From Candidatus Hermodarchaeota archaeon (GTDB taxonomy: Archaea; Asgardarchaeota; Heimdallarchaeia; Hodarchaeales; Hodarchaeaceae), in assembly GCA_048886185.1 (NCBI GenBank), contig JBHLKY010000008.1, positions 123,047 to 155,046 on the forward strand: a DNA stretch of 32,000 nucleotides, read 5' to 3'. The translations under genes and the position numbers were made by a program. The notes under the pieces are model-generated. The model had not been told where the DNA came from. It saw only the letters and a list, made by a program, of their open reading frames with translations, and made no database searches. Position 1 is the stretch's first letter; every line of letters begins with the position of its first letter. Below are positions 1 through 8,127 of this stretch, one piece after another.

Positions 1-31
1 AAAAAAATTAAAAAAAGAAGGAGGGGGGAGA
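1..31 (-). terminator. Pyrimidine/oligo-T tract after the surface protein gene; likely archaeal intrinsic terminator
   Basis: Minus strand reads TCTCCCCCCTCCTTCTTTTTTTAATTTTTTT immediately after the TAA at 32-34. Confidence 0.5.
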
Positions 32-1831
32 TTACTGGCGTCGTTTGCGGGACAATGCATATAGCGGAAGGATAGCTAATATAGCAAAAAGAATTTCGAA
101 TCCTGGTACACCATCACTTGGTTCTTCCCCAGGTCCACTTGTTTCTTCTGAAGATTCCCCATCAACAGCAGCCATTGCAGCTACAGCGGAATACGTGGGA
201 TCGTGGTAAATTTCTCCACCGTGCCAATCTGGAAACTCGGTTGCTGTAAAGAAGAGCATATCACCCAGATAATCATCAACGCTATCTGCTATACTTGTAA
301 GCTGCAATGATAATTGTTTGGCCACCCAATCTGTGAAAAGATATGCCATACCAAATTCAACAATGAAGTATCCTTTGCCAATATCTTTGGTATCCCAATT
401 ACCCCATTGGGTTTTATCAATAATATGGACTATAACTTCATGATCAGTTGTCGGATCGAATTCAGGCCACAGATCATCTAATCCGAGAAGTTTATAGGTG
501 TCTTTGTCCTCATAACGATGGAAATAATAGGTATTACCACCGGAATAGATGCTAAGATCTTTACTCGCAGCACCAGTATTATCATTGTAACCAGCAGTTA
601 TCTCTTCAGCTCCAAAAGTGTTTGTAGCAGTCGCTACTGTCAAACCAAATCCGTTTGCCATGTTCATCCGTAACTTGGCATCATCACCCACGTAAAATGC
701 CAGATCAGGTAGCCCAACTGTAACTTCCACTGGGATAGTGAGGCTGATATATGGAGAGAGGTCAATATTTTGCAATGTTGTAGGAACAGTAAATGTATAA
801 CTAGGAGCAGCAACGAAAGGATTATTGGCAAATGGACCAGTAGGAATAGTGTCCTCATTCACTACTAGGAAATTAGTTTCTCCAATATAATAGTGAGTTG
901 TTATACTGCCTTCGACATAAGTGTTTGCACCTTCAATGATGTCGGTTTCAAATTCATATTCAAATGCAAGATAATCGAGAACAGAGGCAGCTACAAGATC
1001 TTGGCCAAAAACAACTCCACCAGGAGCATCGTTGATGTAATTTGTGTTATCGAAAATATCGATTCCCCGAGGTTTCGCTTCAATATTTTGCCAGAGAACC
1101 AACATATTAGTATAGTTGATACCGAACTTGTAACCAGTTTCAGTCTCCGTGAAAGTAGGAGTGTAGTCAAAATTACCCACCCGATAGGGGGTCTTTCCTT
1201 CCAAGTTTTGATTTATGGCATAAATTAATTCTTGAAAGCTAAAAGTATAACCTAGGTAAAGATCATCAGAGAAATCCATTGTCCGATCATTAGGACTTGA
1301 TGAATAGGCTATCAGGGCCATAAAGTTATTGGTAACAAAAGTATCTTGTTCACCCATAAACTCGGGGGTCGTGAAGTGTTGTACTAGCTGCTGAAAAGGA
1401 GCAGTGGCGTTTATGTGGAAAATAGTCTCATCTAATGCGGGTCGCAATCCTGCATTGAAAAATTCATCATAAGCCTCAATAGCAGTTACTACATTCGCTT
1501 TTAACAGATCACGAAATGTGAGATCATGTTCATATTTCTCTAATGCAGAATAAGCGGTTTCAATCCCCGATTGATTCATGTATGCCATAAGGAATTGCCA
1601 GTCTTCGTTAGGATCAGCTGAGTCATCATCAACCTCAGCACTGCTATCAACTAGATCAGTAATTAGTAGGGGGTCTTTTGGTTTTGGATAGAGATCTACT
1701 TCGACTGCAAAGGATGTTTCGCTGAATGAATGCCCTACGAAGTCTGCTGTTGAAGCTCTGGCTGGTGTTGTGAGAATCAGAACAATCAGTAACGTTATTA
1801 CTGAAATTCCAATCATAAATTTCTTTTTCAT
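32..1831 (-). CDS. Secreted cell-surface (S-layer-like) glycoprotein with PGF-CTERM-type sorting signal, 599 aa
   Basis: N-terminal MKKKF plus hydrophobic signal peptide ending near ARA-S. Acidic body with N-x-S/T sequons (NQS, NAT, NYT). S/E/G/P linker, then VPGF, a TM helix and RKRRQ. SD-like AAGGTGA lies 9 nt before the ATG. Confidence 0.85.
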   Translation of the reverse strand: MKKKFMIGISVITLLIVLILTTPARASTADFVGHSFSETSFAVEVDLYPKPKDPLLITDLVDSSAEVDDDSADPNEDWQFLMAYMNQSGIETAYSALEKYEHDLTFRDLLKANVVTAIEAYDEFFNAGLRPALDETIFHINATAPFQQLVQHFTTPEFMGEQDTFVTNNFMALIAYSSSPNDRTMDFSDDLYLGYTFSFQELIYAINQNLEGKTPYRVGNFDYTPTFTETETGYKFGINYTNMLVLWQNIEAKPRGIDIFDNTNYINDAPGGVVFGQDLVAASVLDYLAFEYEFETDIIEGANTYVEGSITTHYYIGETNFLVVNEDTIPTGPFANNPFVAAPSYTFTVPTTLQNIDLSPYISLTIPVEVTVGLPDLAFYVGDDAKLRMNMANGFGLTVATATNTFGAEEITAGYNDNTGAASKDLSIYSGGNTYYFHRYEDKDTYKLLGLDDLWPEFDPTTDHEVIVHIIDKTQWGNWDTKDIGKGYFIVEFGMAYLFTDWVAKQLSLQLTSIADSVDDYLGDMLFFTATEFPDWHGGEIYHDPTYSAVAAMAAVDGESSEETSGPGEEPSDGVPGFEILFAILAILPLYALSRKRRQ

Positions 1832-2205
1832 ATTTAAAAATCACCTTTAATTGAACCCTCGTCCATGAAACTCATGCCATTTTGCTATGAATTGCATAAG
1901 ACGTCGAGTACTAAGTCTATGAACTATACAATTATCATCCTTTAAAAAAATGTGCGAAACAAAAATCCGCCAAAAAAAGAAATAAAGCCATCATAGTTCG
2001 TTAAGAATTCTTTTTTAAGCGGTCAACCAGGCTATCTAAGCACTAGAAGATGGATGCACATATTATTTATCGGCAAATAGGTTGTACAGTGGTTTCAAAC
2101 AAACCCAAGAGGTTATATGAATATGAAACTTCCTTTAATTTAAATTATGCTTTAACTAGTGAACTTTACTTGAATTACTGGGTTTTCGTGATGATTTTCT
2201 TCTCT

Positions 2206-3837
2206 CTAATTCCTTAAAAAGAAATCTCTACCCCTTTTAACACGTTTTAAGACCATACAGATAATTAATAATCCCAAAATTCCTGAAGCTATTGGAATAG
2301 AAGTAATTTCACTCAATTTCGTTTTTTCTGTCGGAAGTGAAGCGTTTTTAACTGCAAATTGCATTAAATGCAAAGAAAACTGAATACCTGACCACTCTTT
2401 AACTTGAAACTCTTGCGAATATCTTGCTGAAATCAAATCTAATCTGGATTTTTCGACCAATTCGTTGGTTCCCATTATAGACACATTAGGATCAGAAATA
2501 AATCGTTTCACGCTTTCCACAACCATTTCATTTAGTAAAAAGGTTTCTTGTAAAAATAATGGATTATTAGCAAATTTATTTCGCTGATTCAATGAAATTA
2601 CTTGTGTTTCAACGGGAATTAAGGATATTTTCTCAGTACTGTCTTCTTTTTGTATCGCAAAATTCCGACCCTTAACCAAAGCAGAGAATAATTTCTGTTG
2701 TTTATAAATTGCTGAAATCTCTTCTTTTACAGGAAAAGTACTTTCTGAAAGTCCGATTATGGTCTTGTTCTGGCCATCTACAACTATCTGAAGATTATTC
2801 ACTGGCTGTGTTCCATTCAATACACCAATATTTTGAGCTGTAATGAGAGAAAAAGATATCTCAGGGAATAGTTTTAGTCGATCCCGGATATTAGACCCAT
2901 GATACCAAGAAAATGTTTCATGAATTGGAATAAAATCCCTAAAATTATCTTGTATTTCGTACTCAAAAGCATTAATCCAAGTCTGATCAGGTGGTAGTTC
3001 CTCATTAATAATAAGATTCATCACATTCCCTATTGTAATTTCAGAGAGAGTTTCCACCCCTGAAGTTCCATAATGATCATATTTTCTTATTATGATTGTG
3101 AATATGATTTTTTCAAACTGAACTATCATTAAATGATCTGAAAGGTTAACAGCTGATTCAATAAAATCATCAAGGGCGATGCTATTGTTTTGAAAAAGAA
3201 AGGTGATGTTAGAAAAGGTAAGATCAATTTGAAGTTCGTTTGAAGAATCTTGAACCATAATTGAGGTTTTTACTGAAGAATCATAAGTGACATTTTGATT
3301 ATCTGGAATTAAAAACTCCAAAAAGTCTGATGGAACATTAGCATATCCATATTGGTAATCTTCAAGATCTAAACTGCTTTCATTTATTTTAAGTGCCATT
3401 CCGAGAAAGTCTTGGCTTAAGATAATATCTTCACCTGAAGGAAGTGAAAACTGGTGTAAATACTTAGAAAATGGAACTACTGATTGCCAACTAATTAAAT
3501 CGAGTATAATATCTTGAGTGCGATTTACTCGCTCTAATGCTAAAAATACGGAGTTTATTCCTTCATCCTCATGTCCTACCATATTTATAATATTATTATA
3601 ATCACTAGCATTGGCTAAGGAGGTTTGTTTTAATAGATCAGCCAATAGCCGTAATGATTGGTCATTAGGATCATAATCGAATTTAATTCCAAAAAGGTCT
3701 TTTTCAAAGTAAGAGTCAAGTTGAATGAATTGATATTCTGTTCTTCCAACACCTGATAATACACTTCCTAGGGCTATGAAGATTAATGAAATGCCTAATA
3801 AACATGTTTTCCATGATAAATGACTCTGGATTTGTAT
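2206..3837 (-). CDS. Diverged paralog of the surface protein, with signal peptide and C-terminal TM plus basic tail. About 543 aa if started at ATA 3837; the ORF track starts it at TTG 3645.
   Basis: The frame is open from 3837 and adds IQIQSHLSWKTCLLGISLIFIALGSVLSGVG, a signal-peptide-like segment. C-terminus IPIASGILGLLIICMVLKRVKRGR. Colinear motif similarity to 32..1831. Start position uncertain. Confidence 0.7.
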   Translation of the reverse strand: MQIQSHLSWKTCLLGISLIFIALGSVLSGVGRTEYQFIQLDSYFEKDLFGIKFDYDPNDQSLRLLADLLKQTSLANASDYNNIINMVGHEDEGINSVFLALERVNRTQDIILDLISWQSVVPFSKYLHQFSLPSGEDIILSQDFLGMALKINESSLDLEDYQYGYANVPSDFLEFLIPDNQNVTYDSSVKTSIMVQDSSNELQIDLTFSNITFLFQNNSIALDDFIESAVNLSDHLMIVQFEKIIFTIIIRKYDHYGTSGVETLSEITIGNVMNLIINEELPPDQTWINAFEYEIQDNFRDFIPIHETFSWYHGSNIRDRLKLFPEISFSLITAQNIGVLNGTQPVNNLQIVVDGQNKTIIGLSESTFPVKEEISAIYKQQKLFSALVKGRNFAIQKEDSTEKISLIPVETQVISLNQRNKFANNPLFLQETFLLNEMVVESVKRFISDPNVSIMGTNELVEKSRLDLISARYSQEFQVKEWSGIQFSLHLMQFAVKNASLPTEKTKLSEITSIPIASGILGLLIICMVLKRVKRGRDFFLRN

Positions 3838-5325
3838 TTAGGCCCCCTCCAAATGACTTTTTATCCAAGATAACCGCTTTGGACCAATTACATACCTAGA
3901 TCGCTTTTTTTCTTGAAGCGAGATAATGATTCCCAATTCAGTCAATCTTTTGATATGATGTTGAACACTAGAGTGATGAACATCAATTTCTTGGGAGATC
4001 TTTGACAATGATAATGGCTTTCTCTTTCTAATTAAGACACGACAGAGTTCTTTAGCAACGTCACTCTTTAATGCTAAGGCAATTTCTGATATATCAACAG
4101 ATTTTAAACCAACTAAATAAAAAATGTGATATTTACCAATTTTCTCGTGTGTTATTAAATGAAAATCGTCTAGTGCCTGCAAATGCCACAGTAAGGAAGA
4201 AATACCACACCCCACTTCTCGCTGGATTTCACGTAAATGAGCTCCTTGTTCCCCCTTCACCTCAAGGTAGTCTACAATCTCACTTCTTAGTTGATTTTCT
4301 AGGAGTTCAGTCTCGCTGATTCGTCGTCTTTGTGGTGAGTATGTAATATGAGCAATGAACAAAAAAACACTCATAAAAACTCCGACCACGATTTCACGAA
4401 TCTTAGAAACAACTCCTAGCTTTATTAGAAGAAAGATGGAAATTAAACCTGTGATCAGCACAAATCCAATTGCTGCTATCTGTTCCATTCCTCCTAGTTG
4501 TGGTGACACATTAGTTTCTGAGGGTAATGTACCTAGTGTCAGCCGTGCAAACTGACCTAATAGCTCAATCATATTTTCAGGTGAATCTAAATCCATTCCA
4601 AGTGATTTAAATTTAAGTTTTTTAACATCTGAAGCCATATCAATAGAAAAACTTCCTACAATTACATGAGTATCTACAGCCCATATTCCTGACTTCATAA
4701 CTCCCAAGACTGGTTCTTCTTCAGGTGGGATAATCTCTGCTAACATCTGTGTTTGGTTGTTTACCTCCACCCATGCCGTACTTCCTTTGAAATTAAAGGA
4801 GGTTGTACTTAGATTCAACAAAGATAATTGTTCTTCAGCTAAATTCAACTCGTGTTCCACATACGATCCATTAAAGGGGTATACTATTGGTGAATAAGCG
4901 GTAATTCCTAAATGGGCCAAATCTTGGAGAGGTGTTTCACTAAAATAGCGATTCAGTACAAACAATCCTCTTCCCATTTGTTTCCATTCATTTAAATCAC
5001 TGATGAATGTTAAATCAATAGATAAAGGGAATTCGTTAATCCACCAGATTGAAACAACGCTTTCATTTTCAAAAATGAATGAAGGATCAGTTTGTATTGT
5101 TGTAATATTATAATAGTCCGCTGCTCTCCCTGTTACTCCCACCATCTCTTGGCTTAACTTTTTATCCGTATCTGATCCGAAAAACACTGCAATTTTGCCT
5201 TTTTCAGACTCTTCATTTCCTATTACTCCCATAACTATAAAATTGCAACTTATTAGAATAATTTCTATTATTAAAATGATTATTGTTACTGTTCGCCTAT
5301 TAAATTTCAGTTTCGGCCAGTCCAT
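3838..5325 (-). CDS. Membrane-anchored transcriptional regulator: signal/TM, extracytoplasmic domain, TM, two ArsR-like winged HTH domains (COG3398-like)
   Basis: Hydrophobic N-terminal helix and TM IAAIGFVLITGLISIFLLI. wHTH1: LRSEIVDYL..GAHLREIQREVGCGISSLLWHLQAL. wHTH2: LSLSKISQEIDVHHSSVQHHIKRLTELGII. ATG at 5325 preferred over TTG at 5349. Confidence 0.75.
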   Translation of the reverse strand: MDWPKLKFNRRTVTIIILIIEIILISCNFIVMGVIGNEESEKGKIAVFFGSDTDKKLSQEMVGVTGRAADYYNITTIQTDPSFIFENESVVSIWWINEFPLSIDLTFISDLNEWKQMGRGLFVLNRYFSETPLQDLAHLGITAYSPIVYPFNGSYVEHELNLAEEQLSLLNLSTTSFNFKGSTAWVEVNNQTQMLAEIIPPEEEPVLGVMKSGIWAVDTHVIVGSFSIDMASDVKKLKFKSLGMDLDSPENMIELLGQFARLTLGTLPSETNVSPQLGGMEQIAAIGFVLITGLISIFLLIKLGVVSKIREIVVGVFMSVFLFIAHITYSPQRRRISETELLENQLRSEIVDYLEVKGEQGAHLREIQREVGCGISSLLWHLQALDDFHLITHEKIGKYHIFYLVGLKSVDISEIALALKSDVAKELCRVLIRKRKPLSLSKISQEIDVHHSSVQHHIKRLTELGIIISLQEKKRSRYVIGPKRLSWIKSHLEGA

Positions 5326-5468
5326 GAACTCGATACACCAATAATTCAATACCCCTATACAAATAAAAAAAATCTTTCTGAATTAACTTTTCACAATCAA
5401 AAAAAAGATAGAAATGGAAGACTGAGTTTATACTTGAAAATTTAATTTAAATTCAGAGGATGATTTTA

Positions 5469-5975
5469 ATGTCAGATCGACTATTCCACACCTATCTCAC
5501 CGCCCCTTGGAAAAAGGAGTATGTTGAGCAAAAAAAAGACCCTCATCAGTGCATATTGTGCGCTATTGCCCAAAAAACAGCAGGAGTAAAATCTTGGGAA
5601 GTTTTTAGAGATGATCAGATTATGATTTTACTCAATCGTTTCCCTTATAATCCTGGGCATCTTTTGGTTTCCCCTTTGGACCATTATGAACAATATGAAG
5701 GAATATCAACAGAATTAGTCTCTCATCTTGCATTAGTGTTACAAAAATGCATAAAATTATTGAAATTAACTCATCAGACAACAATGTTCAATATTGGTTT
5801 AAATCTTGGCGAACTTGCAGGAGGAAGTGTGAAACATTTACACTGGCACGTTGTACCACGTTACCCTGGGGACCTTAATTTTATGGAGATGTTAGAAACT
5901 AGAGTTCTTGTTGAAACACTTGAACAAACAATGTATAAGTTGAAACAAAACATTAATGTTTTACAATCAAAATAA
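5469..5975 (+). CDS. HIT family nucleotide hydrolase (Ap4A hydrolase-like)
   Basis: APWKKEYV, CILC, NRFPYNPGHLLV and the histidine triad HLHWHVVPR. GAGGA lies 8 nt upstream of ATG 5469. Confidence 0.9.
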   Translation: MSDRLFHTYLTAPWKKEYVEQKKDPHQCILCAIAQKTAGVKSWEVFRDDQIMILLNRFPYNPGHLLVSPLDHYEQYEGISTELVSHLALVLQKCIKLLKLTHQTTMFNIGLNLGELAGGSVKHLHWHVVPRYPGDLNFMEMLETRVLVETLEQTMYKLKQNINVLQSK

Positions 5976-6180
5976 ATAATCCTATTCTTTTTTTACAATT
6001 ATTGTATGAATTTTCAGGTAATAAAGGGAATTACGAGGATTCAAAATAGATTACTTTTCCAATATGAAGATAATAATATTTCAATATTATGAAAAGTTTA
6101 AGTAATATGCTAAATCATGTTCTTACTAGTCAAGATTTGACATGATAAAATTTTGAAAAAACATTGGAGATAAAACAACC

Positions 6181-6603
6181 ATGAAAATCCAAAGATTACT
6201 AAGAAAGAAACGTGCAGTCAGCCCTATTTTGGCTGCTATTTTACTGATTGGACTCGCCGTAGCGGCAGGTGCCGTTCTATTCATTGTAGTTTTACCCCTG
6301 ATTTCTGAACCAGGCGGCTCGCTAGTATTTGATGAAACAGCGACGAAATTAACCAATAAAACAGCAAAAATAGCGCTTAAAAATGAAAAATTAAGTGAAG
6401 CTGCATCAATTACAAATATTACAATAATAGGTCCTGATAGAGCCAACTTCGCTTTTGTTGCATTCAGTATCAATGCAGGAAGTGGAAAAGTCAAGGATTA
6501 TACATTCGATGAGGAATTATCAGCTGGAAAATACACAATCACAGTCACATTCGATATTGGAGATGCAACCGATCAAACAATATCAATAGATTTGACTATA
6601 TGA
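6181..6603 (+). CDS. Archaeal type IV pilin/archaellin-like protein with class III signal peptide
   Basis: RKKRA|VSPILAAILLIGLAVAAGAVLF matches the PibD/FlaK-processed pilin N-terminus; a small beta-rich domain follows. Confidence 0.88.
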   Translation: MKIQRLLRKKRAVSPILAAILLIGLAVAAGAVLFIVVLPLISEPGGSLVFDETATKLTNKTAKIALKNEKLSEAASITNITIIGPDRANFAFVAFSINAGSGKVKDYTFDEELSAGKYTITVTFDIGDATDQTISIDLTI

Positions 6604-6607
6604 GTTT

Positions 6608-6640
6608 AATCTCTTCCTTTCTTCTTTTCTTTTTTCTTTA
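6608..6640 (+). terminator. Polypyrimidine/oligo-T tract after the pilin gene
   Basis: CTCTTCCTTTCTTCTTTTCTTTTTTTC directly follows the TGA at 6603. Confidence 0.5.
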
Positions 6641-6742
6641 AACAGACTCATGTCTGGGTTAACATAATATTCTAGCTAATGCAGCTCTTTCTTCATTACC
6701 ATTTAGAATTCCAGCTAGAAGATACTGTTTTGTACGGTTCAT

Positions 6743-7219
6743 TCAATTCAATCGTGAATCTTCTGCTTTACTCCGTACATACTTGTTGATAACCATTTTT
6801 CCATCTGTTAAGATTCTACGCATATTTATACTAAATTTTTTCCAATAATCAATTAATGTCTTTCGCTGTTCAACAGTTTCCACCATTTCAGTATTGAGAA
6901 AAAAAGAGATCTGATAACCTTCCTCAGGCTCACGAATCACCTTTAAACGTGCTCCCGCATTCCGCCATAATTCGTTTCGTATTCTGTCAAAAATAAATTC
7001 TTCTACTGGATCATTAAAGTGAAGTGTAAGGGAAAGAATTGCAGAGTTTCCCTGTCTTATTAATTGTCCTTCCTCAAAAGTAATAATTTCGCGAGAAACC
7101 CATTCACAGCCCTCACATTCAGGACAAAGAACACAAATAGGTTCAACTCCAGTTTTATCGCATGATACAGAGCGTAATATCAGATTAGATTCTAACAACG
7201 GCAATGAATTCTCAACCAA
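6743..7219 (-). CDS. ARPC4 (Arp2/3 complex p20)-like protein; eukaryotic signature protein
   Basis: NSAILSL..NDPVEE..REPEEGYQISFFL..LIDY..KMVINKYVRSKAE aligns by eye with eukaryotic ARPC4 as recalled: NSVRVSI..ADEIEK..RKPVEGYDISFLI..LVDF..KLSVNARARIVAE. Length similar (158 aa vs about 168 aa). Confidence 0.8.
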   Translation of the reverse strand: MVENSLPLLESNLILRSVSCDKTGVEPICVLCPECEGCEWVSREIITFEEGQLIRQGNSAILSLTLHFNDPVEEFIFDRIRNELWRNAGARLKVIREPEEGYQISFFLNTEMVETVEQRKTLIDYWKKFSINMRRILTDGKMVINKYVRSKAEDSRLN

Positions 7220-7256
7220 TTCAGGGATTATTCAATTGATTGCATTCCCATAACCC

Positions 7257-7268
7257 TTTATAATAAAT
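7257..7268 (-). promoter_or_regulatory. TATA-like element upstream of the ARPC4-like gene
   Basis: Minus strand TTTATTATAAAG about 40 nt upstream of TTG 7219. Confidence 0.4.
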
Positions 7269-7312
7269 CGTGTTGGAGGCTAAGTACTATTGCAGTCTAA
7301 ATTTGTGTTATG

Positions 7313-7741
7313 TTAAAATTCGCGTAATTTGAGCATTTTGGTTTTTGTTGAAGTCAGCAAATAATGCATTAACCCAAGCTTAACTTCTGATTTTGTGATC
7401 AGTACAAGAATGGTACTTCCTACCCTTGAAATTAAACCTAAACCCAGAGGAGTCTGAACATGAATGTAGTCTATTTTATTTCCTAAATTAAGTTGAACAC
7501 AAGCCCCAGCAAAAGTACTGACAATTCCAGCAACCATTGCAGATACTAATGTTTCAACCTCATCAGAAATAGGAGCTGTTCGTGCAGACATTATTGGAAA
7601 GCCCTCATCACTTACCAACAGTGCTTGCTGAACCCCTTGAACAGCACCAAGTTCATCTAAAACTTTCTGGACTTTTTCTGTTGAGGAGGTCTCACTATCT
7701 TTATCAATTGCTATATGACTATAGGTTACCATTTTTTTCAC
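7313..7741 (-). CDS. Roadblock/LC7 (MglB/LAMTOR-like) domain protein
   Basis: VLDEL..QGVQQALLVSDEGFPIMS..SAMVAGI..helix, then beta strands ILVLIT and C-terminal LGLMHYLL: the typical roadblock pattern. Start may be ATG 7732. Confidence 0.88.
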   Translation of the reverse strand: MKKMVTYSHIAIDKDSETSSTEKVQKVLDELGAVQGVQQALLVSDEGFPIMSARTAPISDEVETLVSAMVAGIVSTFAGACVQLNLGNKIDYIHVQTPLGLGLISRVGSTILVLITKSEVKLGLMHYLLTSTKTKMLKLREF

Positions 7742-7880
7742 TTTAGCAATCGCATCATACTTTTACAAAAATTCAGTGTTTAGTTTATTTTTAAACACCA
7801 TAATATTGGGAGGTGGAAATAAAGAGAAGAATTTATTATGATTTATCTGGGCGAGTCAAATTGACACAGAGGTTTCCAAA

Positions 7881-8063
7881 ATGAGTGAAAACATCCGAAT
7901 GCAAAGATGTAATCCTTGTCAAGTTGCTGTCATGCCTAGTCAACATGGAACAACACGTTTTCCATGTCCATCGTGCGGAATGATCCCTATAATTCGTTGT
8001 GAGCGGTGTCGAAAGTTGGGGAATAGATATACCTGTCCTAATTGTGGATTCACTGGACCTTAA
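7881..8063 (+). CDS. Small Zn-ribbon protein (COG2888/HVO_2753-like)
   Basis: Four CxxC motifs, ends YTCPNCGFTGP; sits in its usual position upstream of aEF-1beta. Confidence 0.9.
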   Translation: MSENIRMQRCNPCQVAVMPSQHGTTRFPCPSCGMIPIIRCERCRKLGNRYTCPNCGFTGP

Positions 8064-8127
8064 TATTATTTTATTTGACGTAATAACAAATATCCCAAAA
8101 TCAACGTTTTTAAGAACTTCCTGAGGA

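Noticed and set aside
664-1844. ORFs 664..858, 893..1228 and 1656..1844
   Set aside because: Alternative-frame or antisense shadows of the 599-aa surface protein gene; no motifs.
4071-4555. ORFs 4071..4319 and 4355..4555
   Set aside because: Antisense to the wHTH regulator.
6126-6494. 122-aa hydrophobic ORF on the minus strand
   Set aside because: Antisense mirror of the pilin, which has the diagnostic class III signal.
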